From positions 1-64,000 of the IMG/VR virus record IMGVR_UViG_3300025520_000004: a DNA stretch of 64,000 bases; one strand, given 5' to 3'. The stretch is from a virus. Position 1 is the stretch's first letter, and every line of letters begins with the position of its first letter. Position numbers and translations under genes: made by a program. The notes under the pieces were generated by a model that ran no database searches, was not told where the DNA came from, and saw nothing but the letters and a program-made list of their open reading frames with translations. This document shows, piece after piece, positions 37,785 through 46,791 of the stretch.

Positions 37785-38718
37785 AGGTTTTCTATTCCAA
37801 AATCCCGACGAAAATGCAAACAGGCACCTTTTGGAAAGGCTATATGCTACAGAAACCCCAGGTGAAATCGATCCATCGATTCCTAAGACCGGTGGGTGGG
37901 GAGCAATTGTAACTCCCGATGAAATACGATATTCTTTGATGTCGGGTAACGGTCGATTGGTGACGGTTGATGGATCATATATCACAGACGAAAATTTACA
38001 AGGATTCGTAGATCAGGTTACACTTGCGATTTCTGAGGAGTTGGAGCACGAAATCTATCCGACAATCTATAGGCATAGACCAAAAGGGAACCTTCCAAGG
38101 TTAATCGAGCCACATGCAAAGTGGTATGATGCTCACGATTATCAGAATTCCGATCTTGGTAATAATTTCTTTGTAGAATTGCGAAAAAAACCACTTCAAA
38201 GACTAATTACTTGGCAGTTCGTTAATCCAATTGGCCGGGACATGAACAATGAACCGACAACCACAATCGTTGATTTCCAAAAGAGAGCGAGAATAGTATA
38301 TGACCAAGGAATTTTACGTTCTATCGGGATTCTTGGATCTAATGTCTCCTTTTCTGGTAACGCAGCGCTTCGATCGCAAAGAGTTTTTCAAGGGATGAGC
38401 CCAACGAAAATTCCAACTACTCACTATATTGATTTTATCTCTGGATATGATTCTGCGTATCGAGTTCCAGCGGAATTAAGAGAGGTTATTGGTCTTATAA
38501 CAGCCATTAAAGTAATGTCGATATACGGAGATGGACGCGCTGCCGCCGTTGCAAGTTTTTCGGTTGGGGTAGGTGTTCTACATGAATCTGTCAGCACAAC
38601 TCAGTCTGCGACTAGCTCGATGTACGGAGCCCGAATCTTAGAATTGACTAACTATCTCAAGGCATGGTATGAAAAAAACATGAGTCGATACAGGTCCATG
38701 AGAGTCGCAATACTTTAG
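37768..38718 (+). CDS. Hypothetical virion-module protein
   Basis: Overlaps the end of the giant gene by 17 nt. Confidence 0.5.
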   Translation: MARPFKGFLFQNPDENANRHLLERLYATETPGEIDPSIPKTGGWGAIVTPDEIRYSLMSGNGRLVTVDGSYITDENLQGFVDQVTLAISEELEHEIYPTIYRHRPKGNLPRLIEPHAKWYDAHDYQNSDLGNNFFVELRKKPLQRLITWQFVNPIGRDMNNEPTTTIVDFQKRARIVYDQGILRSIGILGSNVSFSGNAALRSQRVFQGMSPTKIPTTHYIDFISGYDSAYRVPAELREVIGLITAIKVMSIYGDGRAAAVASFSVGVGVLHESVSTTQSATSSMYGARILELTNYLKAWYEKNMSRYRSMRVAIL

Positions 38719-38799
38719 TTATTGCAGTTGGATACCTAAATCTCACACTGGGATTTAGGAACGGACAAGGCTTTGGACTACAAGGAAACTGAATAGTTT

Positions 38800-38960
38800 T
38801 CTCATGGGTATGGGTGGCGAGTGGTTCCTGGCACAAGATGGCGGAAAATACAGACGCGGTGGGCGCCGAAAGACTCTCCCCCATGACTCCGAGCGAAGGC
38901 TGACTGAGAGATGTAAGCTGTGTAATCGGGATGAAGGTGCAAACCCTTCTCTTGTGAAAA
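38800..38960. other. GC-rich non-coding block (possible structured RNA or relic)
   Basis: I counted 67 G+C in the 120 nt of 38821-38940 against an AT-rich background. No convincing ORF on either strand. Confidence 0.4.
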
Positions 38961-38982
38961 TTTTAAGATAAGGATCCGGAAC

Positions 38983-39474
38983 GTGAGTAATAAATTTCAA
39001 CAAAAAAGAGCCAAACAAGTTATAGGGAAAGAGCGAGTAGAGTTACTCACATTTACGCATAGATTCTATCTTCATTACATGAATCCTATCCATCGATGGG
39101 TTGTACTTGCATTGTTCAAATTATCTGTGAAAGCAAATCTAAGAAAGAAGCCGAGGCTTTCTGATTTTTTACAGTTTCTTTCTCAGTTTATCCAGGCGTT
39201 TGCGGGATATTCTGTTACTCATGTTTCGAATGTTCCTCCGAAAATTGATATTTACTCAATGGGAACAAGAATTGGCCTCGCAAATTTTTTCTGGAAAAGG
39301 CGATGGCTGTTAATGTGTAAAATATTCCTTTTGGGAAAAGATCCAGATTATATCGATTCTATGAAGCGGTTAATTGTCTCAAATTATCGAGAAGGTCTGA
39401 ATTTGCCTGAGCCAACTGCAAGCGCAGTAAGTCGGGATTCGGTTCGACAGGTTTCGCCCTTGAAGCAGGCGTAA
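38983..39474 (+). CDS. Doubtful ORF (GTG start)
   Basis: Unusual composition. Overlaps the minus-strand ORF by 116 nt. Confidence 0.2.
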   Translation: MSNKFQQKRAKQVIGKERVELLTFTHRFYLHYMNPIHRWVVLALFKLSVKANLRKKPRLSDFLQFLSQFIQAFAGYSVTHVSNVPPKIDIYSMGTRIGLANFFWKRRWLLMCKIFLLGKDPDYIDSMKRLIVSNYREGLNLPEPTASAVSRDSVRQVSPLKQA

Positions 39475-39751
39475 GAATTTTATAAATATCGCGGTGTCTT
39501 GTATAGATACCGTTGATAATACCCATTGTAAGTTTCTTTTGAGCATGTGTTAGATAGATTGATTTAGTTCGGATATCTCTAAGCGTTCTCACTTCTGATA
39601 AAAAAATTCTTATCTTCCCTTGAGAAAACAATTCAAGTAATCTATCGATTGATGCGTGAATTATAATGAATTCCGCCGTTGGAATATTTGGATCAAAACT
39701 CTCTTCTTCTTGTGCCACAATAATCCGATAATACGAGACATAAAAAAACAT
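39359..39751 (-). CDS. Hypothetical 130-aa protein on the opposite strand within the late module
   Basis: Only minus-strand ORF inside the head region. Its start lies 21 nt from the -35-like hexamer of P4, in divergent orientation. Confidence 0.4.
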   Translation of the reverse strand: MFFYVSYYRIIVAQEEESFDPNIPTAEFIIIHASIDRLLELFSQGKIRIFLSEVRTLRDIRTKSIYLTHAQKKLTMGIINGIYTRHRDIYKILTPASRAKPVEPNPDLLRLQLAQANSDLLDNLRQLTAS

Positions 39752-39771
39752 TCAAGCCTTTCATTTTTTTC

Positions 39772-39808
39772 TTGCAAATTGCAGGTAATTCATCCCTTGT
39801 CACTCCCT
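39772..39808 (+). promoter_or_regulatory. Late element P4: TTGCAA-N19-TTGTCACTCCCT (leadered variant)
   Basis: Same architecture as the other copies, but the ATG lies downstream (39830 or 39842) and GAGG at 39834-39837 could serve as an SD. Confidence 0.55.
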
Positions 39809-39841
39809 AATCAAATACCTGCTCCGCTTATGCGAGGTAAA

Positions 39842-40630
39842 ATGTTAGCAAATATAGATCAGAAAATCAACCAAGCTCAAGGAGATGCTAGTAAAGAACT
39901 AGTTGTCACCTCTATCGAGAAGTCCTCTTTGCCGGTCAAAATTGGATCTAAACCTTTCTATGTTCGAGAAAGTGATACAGGTAGAAAGTTTTATTGGAAC
40001 GGCCTCAAGTTTGTCGACCTAACAAATGATCCTGGTATTCGTGCATGTAATACGTTGCGAGTCGCGGCTAATGTCGCTGATGCGGAAACCGTTGTAATTG
40101 GTGCAAGAACATATGAATTTGATCGTGCTGCTGACGGAGTTGTGTCTGGGAACATAGCTGTAAAAGGTCATGCGGATGATACACCTGGGAATGCAATTGC
40201 TTCACTTGTTGATGCTATTAATTCAGATCAAATTTCTGAAGTTACGGCCATTAAAATTTCTGCCAATGAAATGTTTGTATACCACAAAGTACCTGGTAAC
40301 AAGACTACTCCCACTACAGAAACTCTCTTGGGAGTAAATAACGGATGGGCCGCTGCAACATTACTCAATGGACGTGAGCCAGGAAGTCAGGCATATTCAG
40401 TGATCCGGCGCGTTCCTACTGCGGTTGAAGTCGCTTTAGGTGTAATGCATTTCTATTTCGATTTCCCTCCTACATTGGCCGACATTCGAGTCGTTGTAAC
40501 AGCGACTCCAGGTGTTCCTTTAGCCTGGGACGGTGCAGTAACAATTACTGGGAATAGACTCACGATTGACAACTCTGGCTCAGTCGATTGGTCAACTACG
40601 AACACAATCGTTCTTACTGTGGCAAAATAA
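39842..40630 (+). CDS. Virion structural protein candidate
   Basis: Has its own late element plus an SD. Ala/Val/Thr/Gly-rich beta-type sequence. Alternative start at 39830. Confidence 0.5.
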   Translation: MLANIDQKINQAQGDASKELVVTSIEKSSLPVKIGSKPFYVRESDTGRKFYWNGLKFVDLTNDPGIRACNTLRVAANVADAETVVIGARTYEFDRAADGVVSGNIAVKGHADDTPGNAIASLVDAINSDQISEVTAIKISANEMFVYHKVPGNKTTPTTETLLGVNNGWAAATLLNGREPGSQAYSVIRRVPTAVEVALGVMHFYFDFPPTLADIRVVVTATPGVPLAWDGAVTITGNRLTIDNSGSVDWSTTNTIVLTVAK

Positions 40631-40631
40631 C

Positions 40632-40937
40632 GTGAGAAAATTTCTAGCAGCGCAGGATATTGCAAGAGCTCCGTATGCAAATCATTTTACGAAGCTCCAC
40701 GATGCCAATGTTGTAAATTTGAATGATCAGCAAAAAATCTATGTAATCACTGAAGTGCGCTCTGGTGGTGCTTGGACCTGTGAATATACCAATTCATCTG
40801 CTGATGGTGAGGTCTATACCCGAAATGGTAGTGGGATCCAAACGTTTTTTCCGAAAGCATTCGTAGGTGAGAATTTGAAATTCACGGGAGTTACGGAAGT
40901 ATCTGGATTTTTTATTCCTGCAGGTAAAGTATTTTAA
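40632..40937 (+). CDS. Hypothetical head-module protein
   Basis: GTG at 40632 directly after the previous stop. The track start at 40566 overlaps the upstream gene. Confidence 0.4.
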   Translation: MRKFLAAQDIARAPYANHFTKLHDANVVNLNDQQKIYVITEVRSGGAWTCEYTNSSADGEVYTRNGSGIQTFFPKAFVGENLKFTGVTEVSGFFIPAGKVF

Positions 40938-41351
40938 ATGGCTGCAATCCAAATTAAATCACAAGTCGCATTGGTAGAGGATTCGGGTGTACAAGTAGTA
41001 TTGCCAGAAATGATAACTCAAAACGAATTCACCAAAGGTGCGCTTAGTGAGGCTATCATTATAGAAAATTCAGTTTCCGATACCATGGTTACTCCAATTG
41101 CAGTCTCGCTCGAATCTTATCCAAATACTACATGCATTGTATTGAAAGCAGAGTATGCCGAAAATGACTTCCCAAACGGAATCAAGGCAGGTGATAGAGC
41201 AAAATTCCAATTCAGATTCGATTCTGGGAATTGGTTTGAAGCCTATTCAGTGATTCTCGAAGGATACAAACCAAATTCTCCAGAGATACAAATTCGAGCA
41301 CAAGGTACTGGAAAAATTCTAGTAAAGAGGACTGTCAGTGCAACAGAATAA
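40938..41351 (+). CDS. Hypothetical head-module protein
   Basis: Abuts the previous stop. Confidence 0.45.
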   Translation: MAAIQIKSQVALVEDSGVQVVLPEMITQNEFTKGALSEAIIIENSVSDTMVTPIAVSLESYPNTTCIVLKAEYAENDFPNGIKAGDRAKFQFRFDSGNWFEAYSVILEGYKPNSPEIQIRAQGTGKILVKRTVSATE

Positions 41352-42171
41352 ACCGTATTGTTTTTTAAAATCTGCAACCGTTGAACAAGCCGAAATTGAA
41401 GGTAAGTTCATAAACATGCTTCTTAAAGTATCGACAGAGAAGCGTGACAAAGAAGGTGATATGTTTCTGAAAGGAGCATGGACCCACAAAGAGGATGTTG
41501 AATACTTCCAAAAGAAAGGTGTGATCGATTGGAATCACTTATCTCAAACATCTAAATTCGCAAAGTCAAATAATCCCAAAGAAAAAGCTGATAATGAATT
41601 GGTTAGCGCAGAAGCAATCCTTGGTGTTCCAAGTGGGCGAGGCCTGTTTCTTGGTGATGATGGATTATATTGCGAAGCTCGAATTAATGCAGAAAATAAA
41701 TACATCAAACCATTTGTTCCTTTACTCAAAGCTGGATTTTCTGGATTGGAAGTTTCTGCAGCTGGTGGAGCATACCGTCCAAGTCCAGAAACAATTTCCA
41801 AATATGGAGAAAAGACTTGGGATCGTGCAAGGCTAACTCATATAGCCATTTGCCCTCCAGGTGAGGCAATCAATGATGAAACCCAAGCATTACTCTTAAA
41901 GTCTCATCTCGCATCTGAACTCGGATGGAAGGAAGAAGATGAGCCAGTACCAACCAAGTTTAATATTGATCCAGTCGGTTCAGTGTTAGAATTCATTTCT
42001 TCTTCTCCTGATTACAATCAGTGGGTTGCAAACAGACTAGTTGGTGCAATCGATTCTGGTCTTCTCCCAAAAGATTACCAAGCGATTTTTGAATTTGTTA
42101 AAAATCATGGTCTATCGGTAGAGAAGGCAAAACAATACGCAATTAAACTACTACAGGCTATGGAGGTCTGA
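41338..42171 (+). CDS. Prohead protease (HK97/S78-like)
   Basis: IEGKFINMLLKVSTEKRDKEGDMFLKGAW, IDWNHL and GLEVSAAGG resemble S78 family blocks. Followed by a scaffold-like gene and the capsid gene. Confidence 0.55.
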   Translation: MQQNKPYCFLKSATVEQAEIEGKFINMLLKVSTEKRDKEGDMFLKGAWTHKEDVEYFQKKGVIDWNHLSQTSKFAKSNNPKEKADNELVSAEAILGVPSGRGLFLGDDGLYCEARINAENKYIKPFVPLLKAGFSGLEVSAAGGAYRPSPETISKYGEKTWDRARLTHIAICPPGEAINDETQALLLKSHLASELGWKEEDEPVPTKFNIDPVGSVLEFISSSPDYNQWVANRLVGAIDSGLLPKDYQAIFEFVKNHGLSVEKAKQYAIKLLQAMEV

Positions 42172-42172
42172 A

Positions 42173-42904
42173 ATGAATAAGGATTGGCAGAAACAGTTTA
42201 TGGGACTTGTCTCCTCGTTTACCAAATCCAGTACAGGAGCAGAGGATACACCGCCACCTCCTAGTGCTGACGATGGTGGAACAGGAGCTGGTGAAGGTAT
42301 CTCTGATGAATTTTTAGATAAATTGAAGTCAGCGATTGAATCAGGTGAGGTTGCAGTCGAAGAATCGGCTATCAAGGCTTACTGTAAAACGAATGGAATT
42401 TCCGAAGAAGACAGCGCGGAAATTTGGGGAATTATCTCTGAAGGGTTGAGTGATGAAGGTGGTGAAGAACCAGCACCTGGCTCAGATCCAGAAAGTGATA
42501 TCCAGAAAGGTGGGAACAAGGCGATGGACCCAGACTTTGTGGCTTTTGCAAAATCAACAGCAATGGCTGTTAAAAGCGCAGAAACGCATGAAATGGCGAT
42601 CGCTTCCTTAATTGAAGAGAATGCTGTATTCGCAAAAGAAAACCAAGAAATCAAAAAGGAAATCGCATTCTTAAAATCAGAACTCGGGAAAGTATTAAAA
42701 CAACCGGTAGATTCAAAGAAACCGGTTCTTGATACTTCCGGGATCCCTGCACAATATGGAAGAGCTGAAATTATCCAGCTTATTTCCAAAGGTGTCCAGG
42801 ATAAAAAATTAGCTCTCGGTGACTTGCAGACGTTCAAATCGTCCGGACGTCAAACTGAGGCTGTTGTGGAATTTTTAAAAAGTTCATCCAAAGGGGGAAA
42901 CTAA
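42173..42904 (+). CDS. Scaffolding protein candidate
   Basis: Acidic, helical/coiled-coil. Lies between the protease and the capsid gene. Confidence 0.5.
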   Translation: MNKDWQKQFMGLVSSFTKSSTGAEDTPPPPSADDGGTGAGEGISDEFLDKLKSAIESGEVAVEESAIKAYCKTNGISEEDSAEIWGIISEGLSDEGGEEPAPGSDPESDIQKGGNKAMDPDFVAFAKSTAMAVKSAETHEMAIASLIEENAVFAKENQEIKKEIAFLKSELGKVLKQPVDSKKPVLDTSGIPAQYGRAEIIQLISKGVQDKKLALGDLQTFKSSGRQTEAVVEFLKSSSKGGN

Positions 42905-44457
42905 TGAAACTCAACTTAAAATTCACTTTGATTGGTGTTGTTTCAACAATTCTCTTCTGCATTGGCCTCCTCCATCTTGGAGGCACTGAGACTGTTATGC
43001 TCGGGTTATTAACCCCGTCATTCGGTTCGCTAGAAGAAATCAGAAACTTCATGAAGTCATTTAACGCAAATAGCGACGGTATTACCGACGTTACTGCTCT
43101 CACAAATGGTGCTGCAACTACTATGCACAATTTGGACGAAGAGATGGTTCTCTTAGCACAGGATTCAGACGAATATAACTTCTTGAATACTATGTTCTAT
43201 CGAGATACCAAATCGACTCTAAACGTGTTTGGTCAAATTCTCGATTGGGGTGGCAATGGCGATTTCTCATTCGTAGGTGAAGTCGACGACGCAGAATTCA
43301 AAGATGTTTCCATCAAGAGAATCTCAAAAACGGTTTCTTTCCTCGCGGAAGGATATGCAGTATCTAAGGTTTTGGACATCCAAGACACAGGTTCTTATGA
43401 TCCAGAAGCGATCCAAGTTCAAGGTGCGATTAACCGAATTATGCAAACTCTTGCTTATGGTGCATGGTATGCTGAGAAGGCTATCAATCCACTTGAATTC
43501 GATGGTTTTGTAACTGAACTTAAGAATGCTGGCCAAGTTTATGATGCTCGCGGTGGTTTTCCGGAAATTAAAATCATTAAAGAATTGGCTGTGAATATCA
43601 GAACAAACTTCGGTATGGTAAACGAATTTTGGCTCCATGATGGCGTTAAAAACGTATTGGATACATACTACACTGAATCCAAAGAATTTTTTACCCAACC
43701 GAATAACGGATCTATGGCAGACATTGGATACAATATCCCAGGTTTAGTTGGTGCTCCACTTAAAGATAAGAGGCTGGAATTTAAAACTGATCTTTGGATG
43801 AACCGTCATCTAGTTGAATTGCCAACTTATAGAGATGCCAATGGTAACAAAGTATCTGGGAAAACAAATTCTCTAGCTCCTGATGCACCGAGCATTGCGT
43901 TAGCAGTATCCGGTGGCCCAGTTTTAGGTTCTGAGTGGCTTCCTAAAGATACCAAAAATTCTTCTGGTGTTGATGCTGGTGTAAGTTATCGAGTGGTTGC
44001 TTGTAACAAATCTGGACGTTCTGCTCCAAGTGCGATTGTAACTTCTGGTGTAATGAGCGCGGGTAAATCAATCACAGTAACAATTACACCTGCGGGAAGT
44101 GGGTATGCGGCTACTTATTTCCAAATTTTCCGTGAGACATCACCTGGTTCTGGAGACTTCCGATTGACCGAAAGAATCGTGAAATCTGCAAACCCTACCA
44201 CCGTGTATGTTGATCTCAATGCTTGGCGTCCAGGTTGCACAGAAGGTGTTGTGGGTGATTTCAATTCAAGATCTGCTCTCGACCAGAAGCGAACCTACCA
44301 AATGTTGCGTATGTTGCCTTTGTTACAAACCAAGTTCTCACCGAACGCAGTTTATCAAAGAAAACTAGCGGGTATGGTTGAATGGTATGGTGGTCTTGCG
44401 GTTTTACAACCAAAGAGATTCTATTTAATTAAGAACTTACCTACTACACTCGTATAG
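42904..44457 (+). CDS. Major capsid protein candidate with C-terminal Ig/FN3-like region
   Basis: Canonical protease-scaffold-capsid order. Weak hairpin after the gene at 44473-44492. Start uncertain. Confidence 0.55.
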   Translation: MKLNLKFTLIGVVSTILFCIGLLHLGGTETVMLGLLTPSFGSLEEIRNFMKSFNANSDGITDVTALTNGAATTMHNLDEEMVLLAQDSDEYNFLNTMFYRDTKSTLNVFGQILDWGGNGDFSFVGEVDDAEFKDVSIKRISKTVSFLAEGYAVSKVLDIQDTGSYDPEAIQVQGAINRIMQTLAYGAWYAEKAINPLEFDGFVTELKNAGQVYDARGGFPEIKIIKELAVNIRTNFGMVNEFWLHDGVKNVLDTYYTESKEFFTQPNNGSMADIGYNIPGLVGAPLKDKRLEFKTDLWMNRHLVELPTYRDANGNKVSGKTNSLAPDAPSIALAVSGGPVLGSEWLPKDTKNSSGVDAGVSYRVVACNKSGRSAPSAIVTSGVMSAGKSITVTITPAGSGYAATYFQIFRETSPGSGDFRLTERIVKSANPTTVYVDLNAWRPGCTEGVVGDFNSRSALDQKRTYQMLRMLPLLQTKFSPNAVYQRKLAGMVEWYGGLAVLQPKRFYLIKNLPTTLV

Positions 44458-44505
44458 GTTTGAAATTATAAGGCAGGACTAAACATCCTGTCTTTGCAAT
44501 ATAAA

Positions 44506-46713
44506 ATGCTCACTGCAAATAGCCAAGGTAATACAGACATAGGAAATTTGACTGGGGGAGCAGCGCTTCAGAAAGATCCTTTTTCCAAATCTATCCGAGG
44601 CAAAAACTTCAAAGAATATATAAAATCTCTCAAAGGAAAATTTTTCCAAAAATCTCGTCTTAAAATTTCAAAAGAAGATTATAATTCCAATCCTACTCAT
44701 TCTCAAAAACAAGCAGGGAACTATAAAAAAGCTCACGTCAAAGTTCAAGGATTCGATATTTCCATCGAAAATCCCGAGGGAACGTATAGATGTGGAAAAG
44801 ATTCCAATGGCAAAGAATGGAAAAATAAAATGGTTCACCATTATGGCTATTTCAAAAGGACTCTTGGAAAAGACGGTGATCATATCGATTGCTTTATTGG
44901 TCCAAATATAAAATCGGAACTAGTTTTCATAATCAATCAAATCAAGCCTTCATCCGGAATTTTCGATGAGCATAAAGTCATGCTTGGATTCGATTCTTTC
45001 GAAGAAGCAAAAGAAGGATATTTAGCAAACTATTCTCCTGGTTGGAAAGGATTAGGCGATATCAAGTCCATGACTGTGGATCAATTTAGAACATGGTTAG
45101 AGAAAGCAGATACCACCAAGAAAGCAAAAGCAGTGATTATTAAATCCTCATTAAAAAACTTCTTCGTAAAAAGTAATAAAGCCCAAGTAGGTGAAACTCG
45201 TACTTGGGCCGATGGGAAGCAGCATCGTAAAACCGACAATGGATGGGTAGAAGTATCCGGTAACAAGCAGACCAGTAATCCTTCTCAAGACTCAAATGAT
45301 AAACGAAAATCAAATGTAGATTCAAATTCTAGTCAAAATAAAACTTACGAACAGAAAGCTGTTGAGGCACTTGAAAGATGGAAGGAGTTTGAGCAACTTG
45401 CTAAAGAGAGAAACAAACAGAGAATTTCTAAAATGAAGCCAGAGAAGAGAAACGAGGCATTTGATATTAAAAATGCCGAACCAGGTGATATCGTTAGGAT
45501 TGAGAGACCAATAGATGGGCGCGTAAATCGAGGCCACCTAGCGAAAGTTTTGGATAAGATTGATGGTCATCTAAAAGTTATGCTTCCTTCAGGAAGTATT
45601 TTTCTGTTTTTGGCCGCAGATCTAGCTTTTGCAAAATCAAGTAAAAAGCATTTCATTGATAAATTGTTCCCCTTCATTAAAGGAAAACTCGCTCAGGTTG
45701 GGGAAATTAGAACATGGTCTGATGGGAATAAATATCGGAAAGAATCAAATGGATGGCGAATGATTGGTGAGAGCGAGAACAAGGCTGCACATCAAACAAC
45801 TTCAAAAAAAGCAGGTATGTCCAAAGAAGAACATTCGCAAGCTACTGAAAAAGCCATGCAAAATGGGATTAAAATTCCTGTAAAAGTTTTACGAGAATAC
45901 CCCGCCCTTCTTGAAAAATATCCAAAATATAAGGAAAGAGTGAGTGCTATTGATTCTCTTTCTAAAGGGATGAAGAAAGGAGAGAAAATTGGTAATCAGT
46001 TGGAGAAGACCGCAAATACATTAAAACAAGGGAAAATTCCCGATGCAATCAAATCCATCGATTTAATCAAAACCAATCAGAATAGTTCAGAAAAAACCGG
46101 TGAAGCCAAAATCCAAGCTTCTGAAAAATTGAATAACCTAATGTCATCCAAAGGTCAACTTAAAGGGACAGTTAAAAAAATAAAATCGGAAGCCAAACTT
46201 AAACTCACTTCGAAAGAACAGAAAAGAGTGGATGACTTAGAGAACAAAAATCTTGCAACAGAAGCGATTATGGTTTATGCAAACAAACTAAAAAACAAAA
46301 AGTATTTGTTTGCACTAAAGGAAAACAGGAAAAAACATCTTAAACTCGGCCATCTTAGTAGCGAACTCAAGAAAGAAAGAGATGATATTTACCATGAAGT
46401 AATGCGAGAGTTCAAATCCGATTCGGAACGACTTGGGAAAATCAATAAACCCGAAACCTTAACAGATGCACAAATTTTTGAAAATGTAAGGGATGCTTCC
46501 CTTCTCGATTCTAAGAAGCTACAGAAAAACGTTTCTCTAATTGATGTTCAAATAGCGATGGCAGAGAAGCATGGAAACGCCAATGCACTTCGAAAATTAG
46601 AAGTCAAGGGCACGATTTACCGAGTCGCTCAACTCTTACAAAGTGATAAATCTATGACTAAGGATGACATTGCTTCTCTTGTAAGGCATGGCGCGGAATT
46701 ACCTGGCCAATGA
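44506..46713 (+). CDS. Large virion-module protein with pyrophosphatase-like N-terminal domain
   Basis: AGNYKKAHVKVQGFDISIENPEGTYRCGKD...HHYGYFKRTLGKDGDHIDCFIGPN resembles a domain often auto-annotated as inorganic pyrophosphatase in phage polyvalent proteins (from memory). Two internal copies of the shared module. The track start is TTG 44494. Confidence 0.45.
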   Translation: MLTANSQGNTDIGNLTGGAALQKDPFSKSIRGKNFKEYIKSLKGKFFQKSRLKISKEDYNSNPTHSQKQAGNYKKAHVKVQGFDISIENPEGTYRCGKDSNGKEWKNKMVHHYGYFKRTLGKDGDHIDCFIGPNIKSELVFIINQIKPSSGIFDEHKVMLGFDSFEEAKEGYLANYSPGWKGLGDIKSMTVDQFRTWLEKADTTKKAKAVIIKSSLKNFFVKSNKAQVGETRTWADGKQHRKTDNGWVEVSGNKQTSNPSQDSNDKRKSNVDSNSSQNKTYEQKAVEALERWKEFEQLAKERNKQRISKMKPEKRNEAFDIKNAEPGDIVRIERPIDGRVNRGHLAKVLDKIDGHLKVMLPSGSIFLFLAADLAFAKSSKKHFIDKLFPFIKGKLAQVGEIRTWSDGNKYRKESNGWRMIGESENKAAHQTTSKKAGMSKEEHSQATEKAMQNGIKIPVKVLREYPALLEKYPKYKERVSAIDSLSKGMKKGEKIGNQLEKTANTLKQGKIPDAIKSIDLIKTNQNSSEKTGEAKIQASEKLNNLMSSKGQLKGTVKKIKSEAKLKLTSKEQKRVDDLENKNLATEAIMVYANKLKNKKYLFALKENRKKHLKLGHLSSELKKERDDIYHEVMREFKSDSERLGKINKPETLTDAQIFENVRDASLLDSKKLQKNVSLIDVQIAMAEKHGNANALRKLEVKGTIYRVAQLLQSDKSMTKDDIASLVRHGAELPGQ

Positions 46714-46740
46714 CCATAGCGAACTTTTTCCGCTATGGTC
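46712..46740 (+). terminator. Perfect 10-bp stem hairpin GACCATAGCG-N9-CGCTATGGTC
   Basis: Read directly. Overlaps the stop codon of the preceding gene. No clear U-tract. 14 nt upstream of the P5 -35-like hexamer. Confidence 0.45.
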
Positions 46741-46754
46741 TCTCCTGAAAAGAA

Positions 46755-46791
46755 TTGACTTTCATTGGGATCCATTCCTTTGTCCTTCCCC
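46755..46791 (+). promoter_or_regulatory. Late element P5: TTGACT-N19-TTGTCCTTCCCC, then ATG
   Basis: Member of the 7-copy motif. ATG at 46792. Confidence 0.6.

Noticed and set aside
38800-38960. On the minus strand, the GC-rich block weakly resembles a cobalamin riboswitch core (GGGGGAG .. CCCACCGCGTCTGTA .. GCCAGGAACCACTCGCC). On the plus strand, CTGAGAG...ACCCTT recalls a TPP element.
   Set aside because: The matches are partial and key conserved segments are missing. No gene lies downstream on the minus strand to be regulated. Only an Rfam covariance-model search could settle it.
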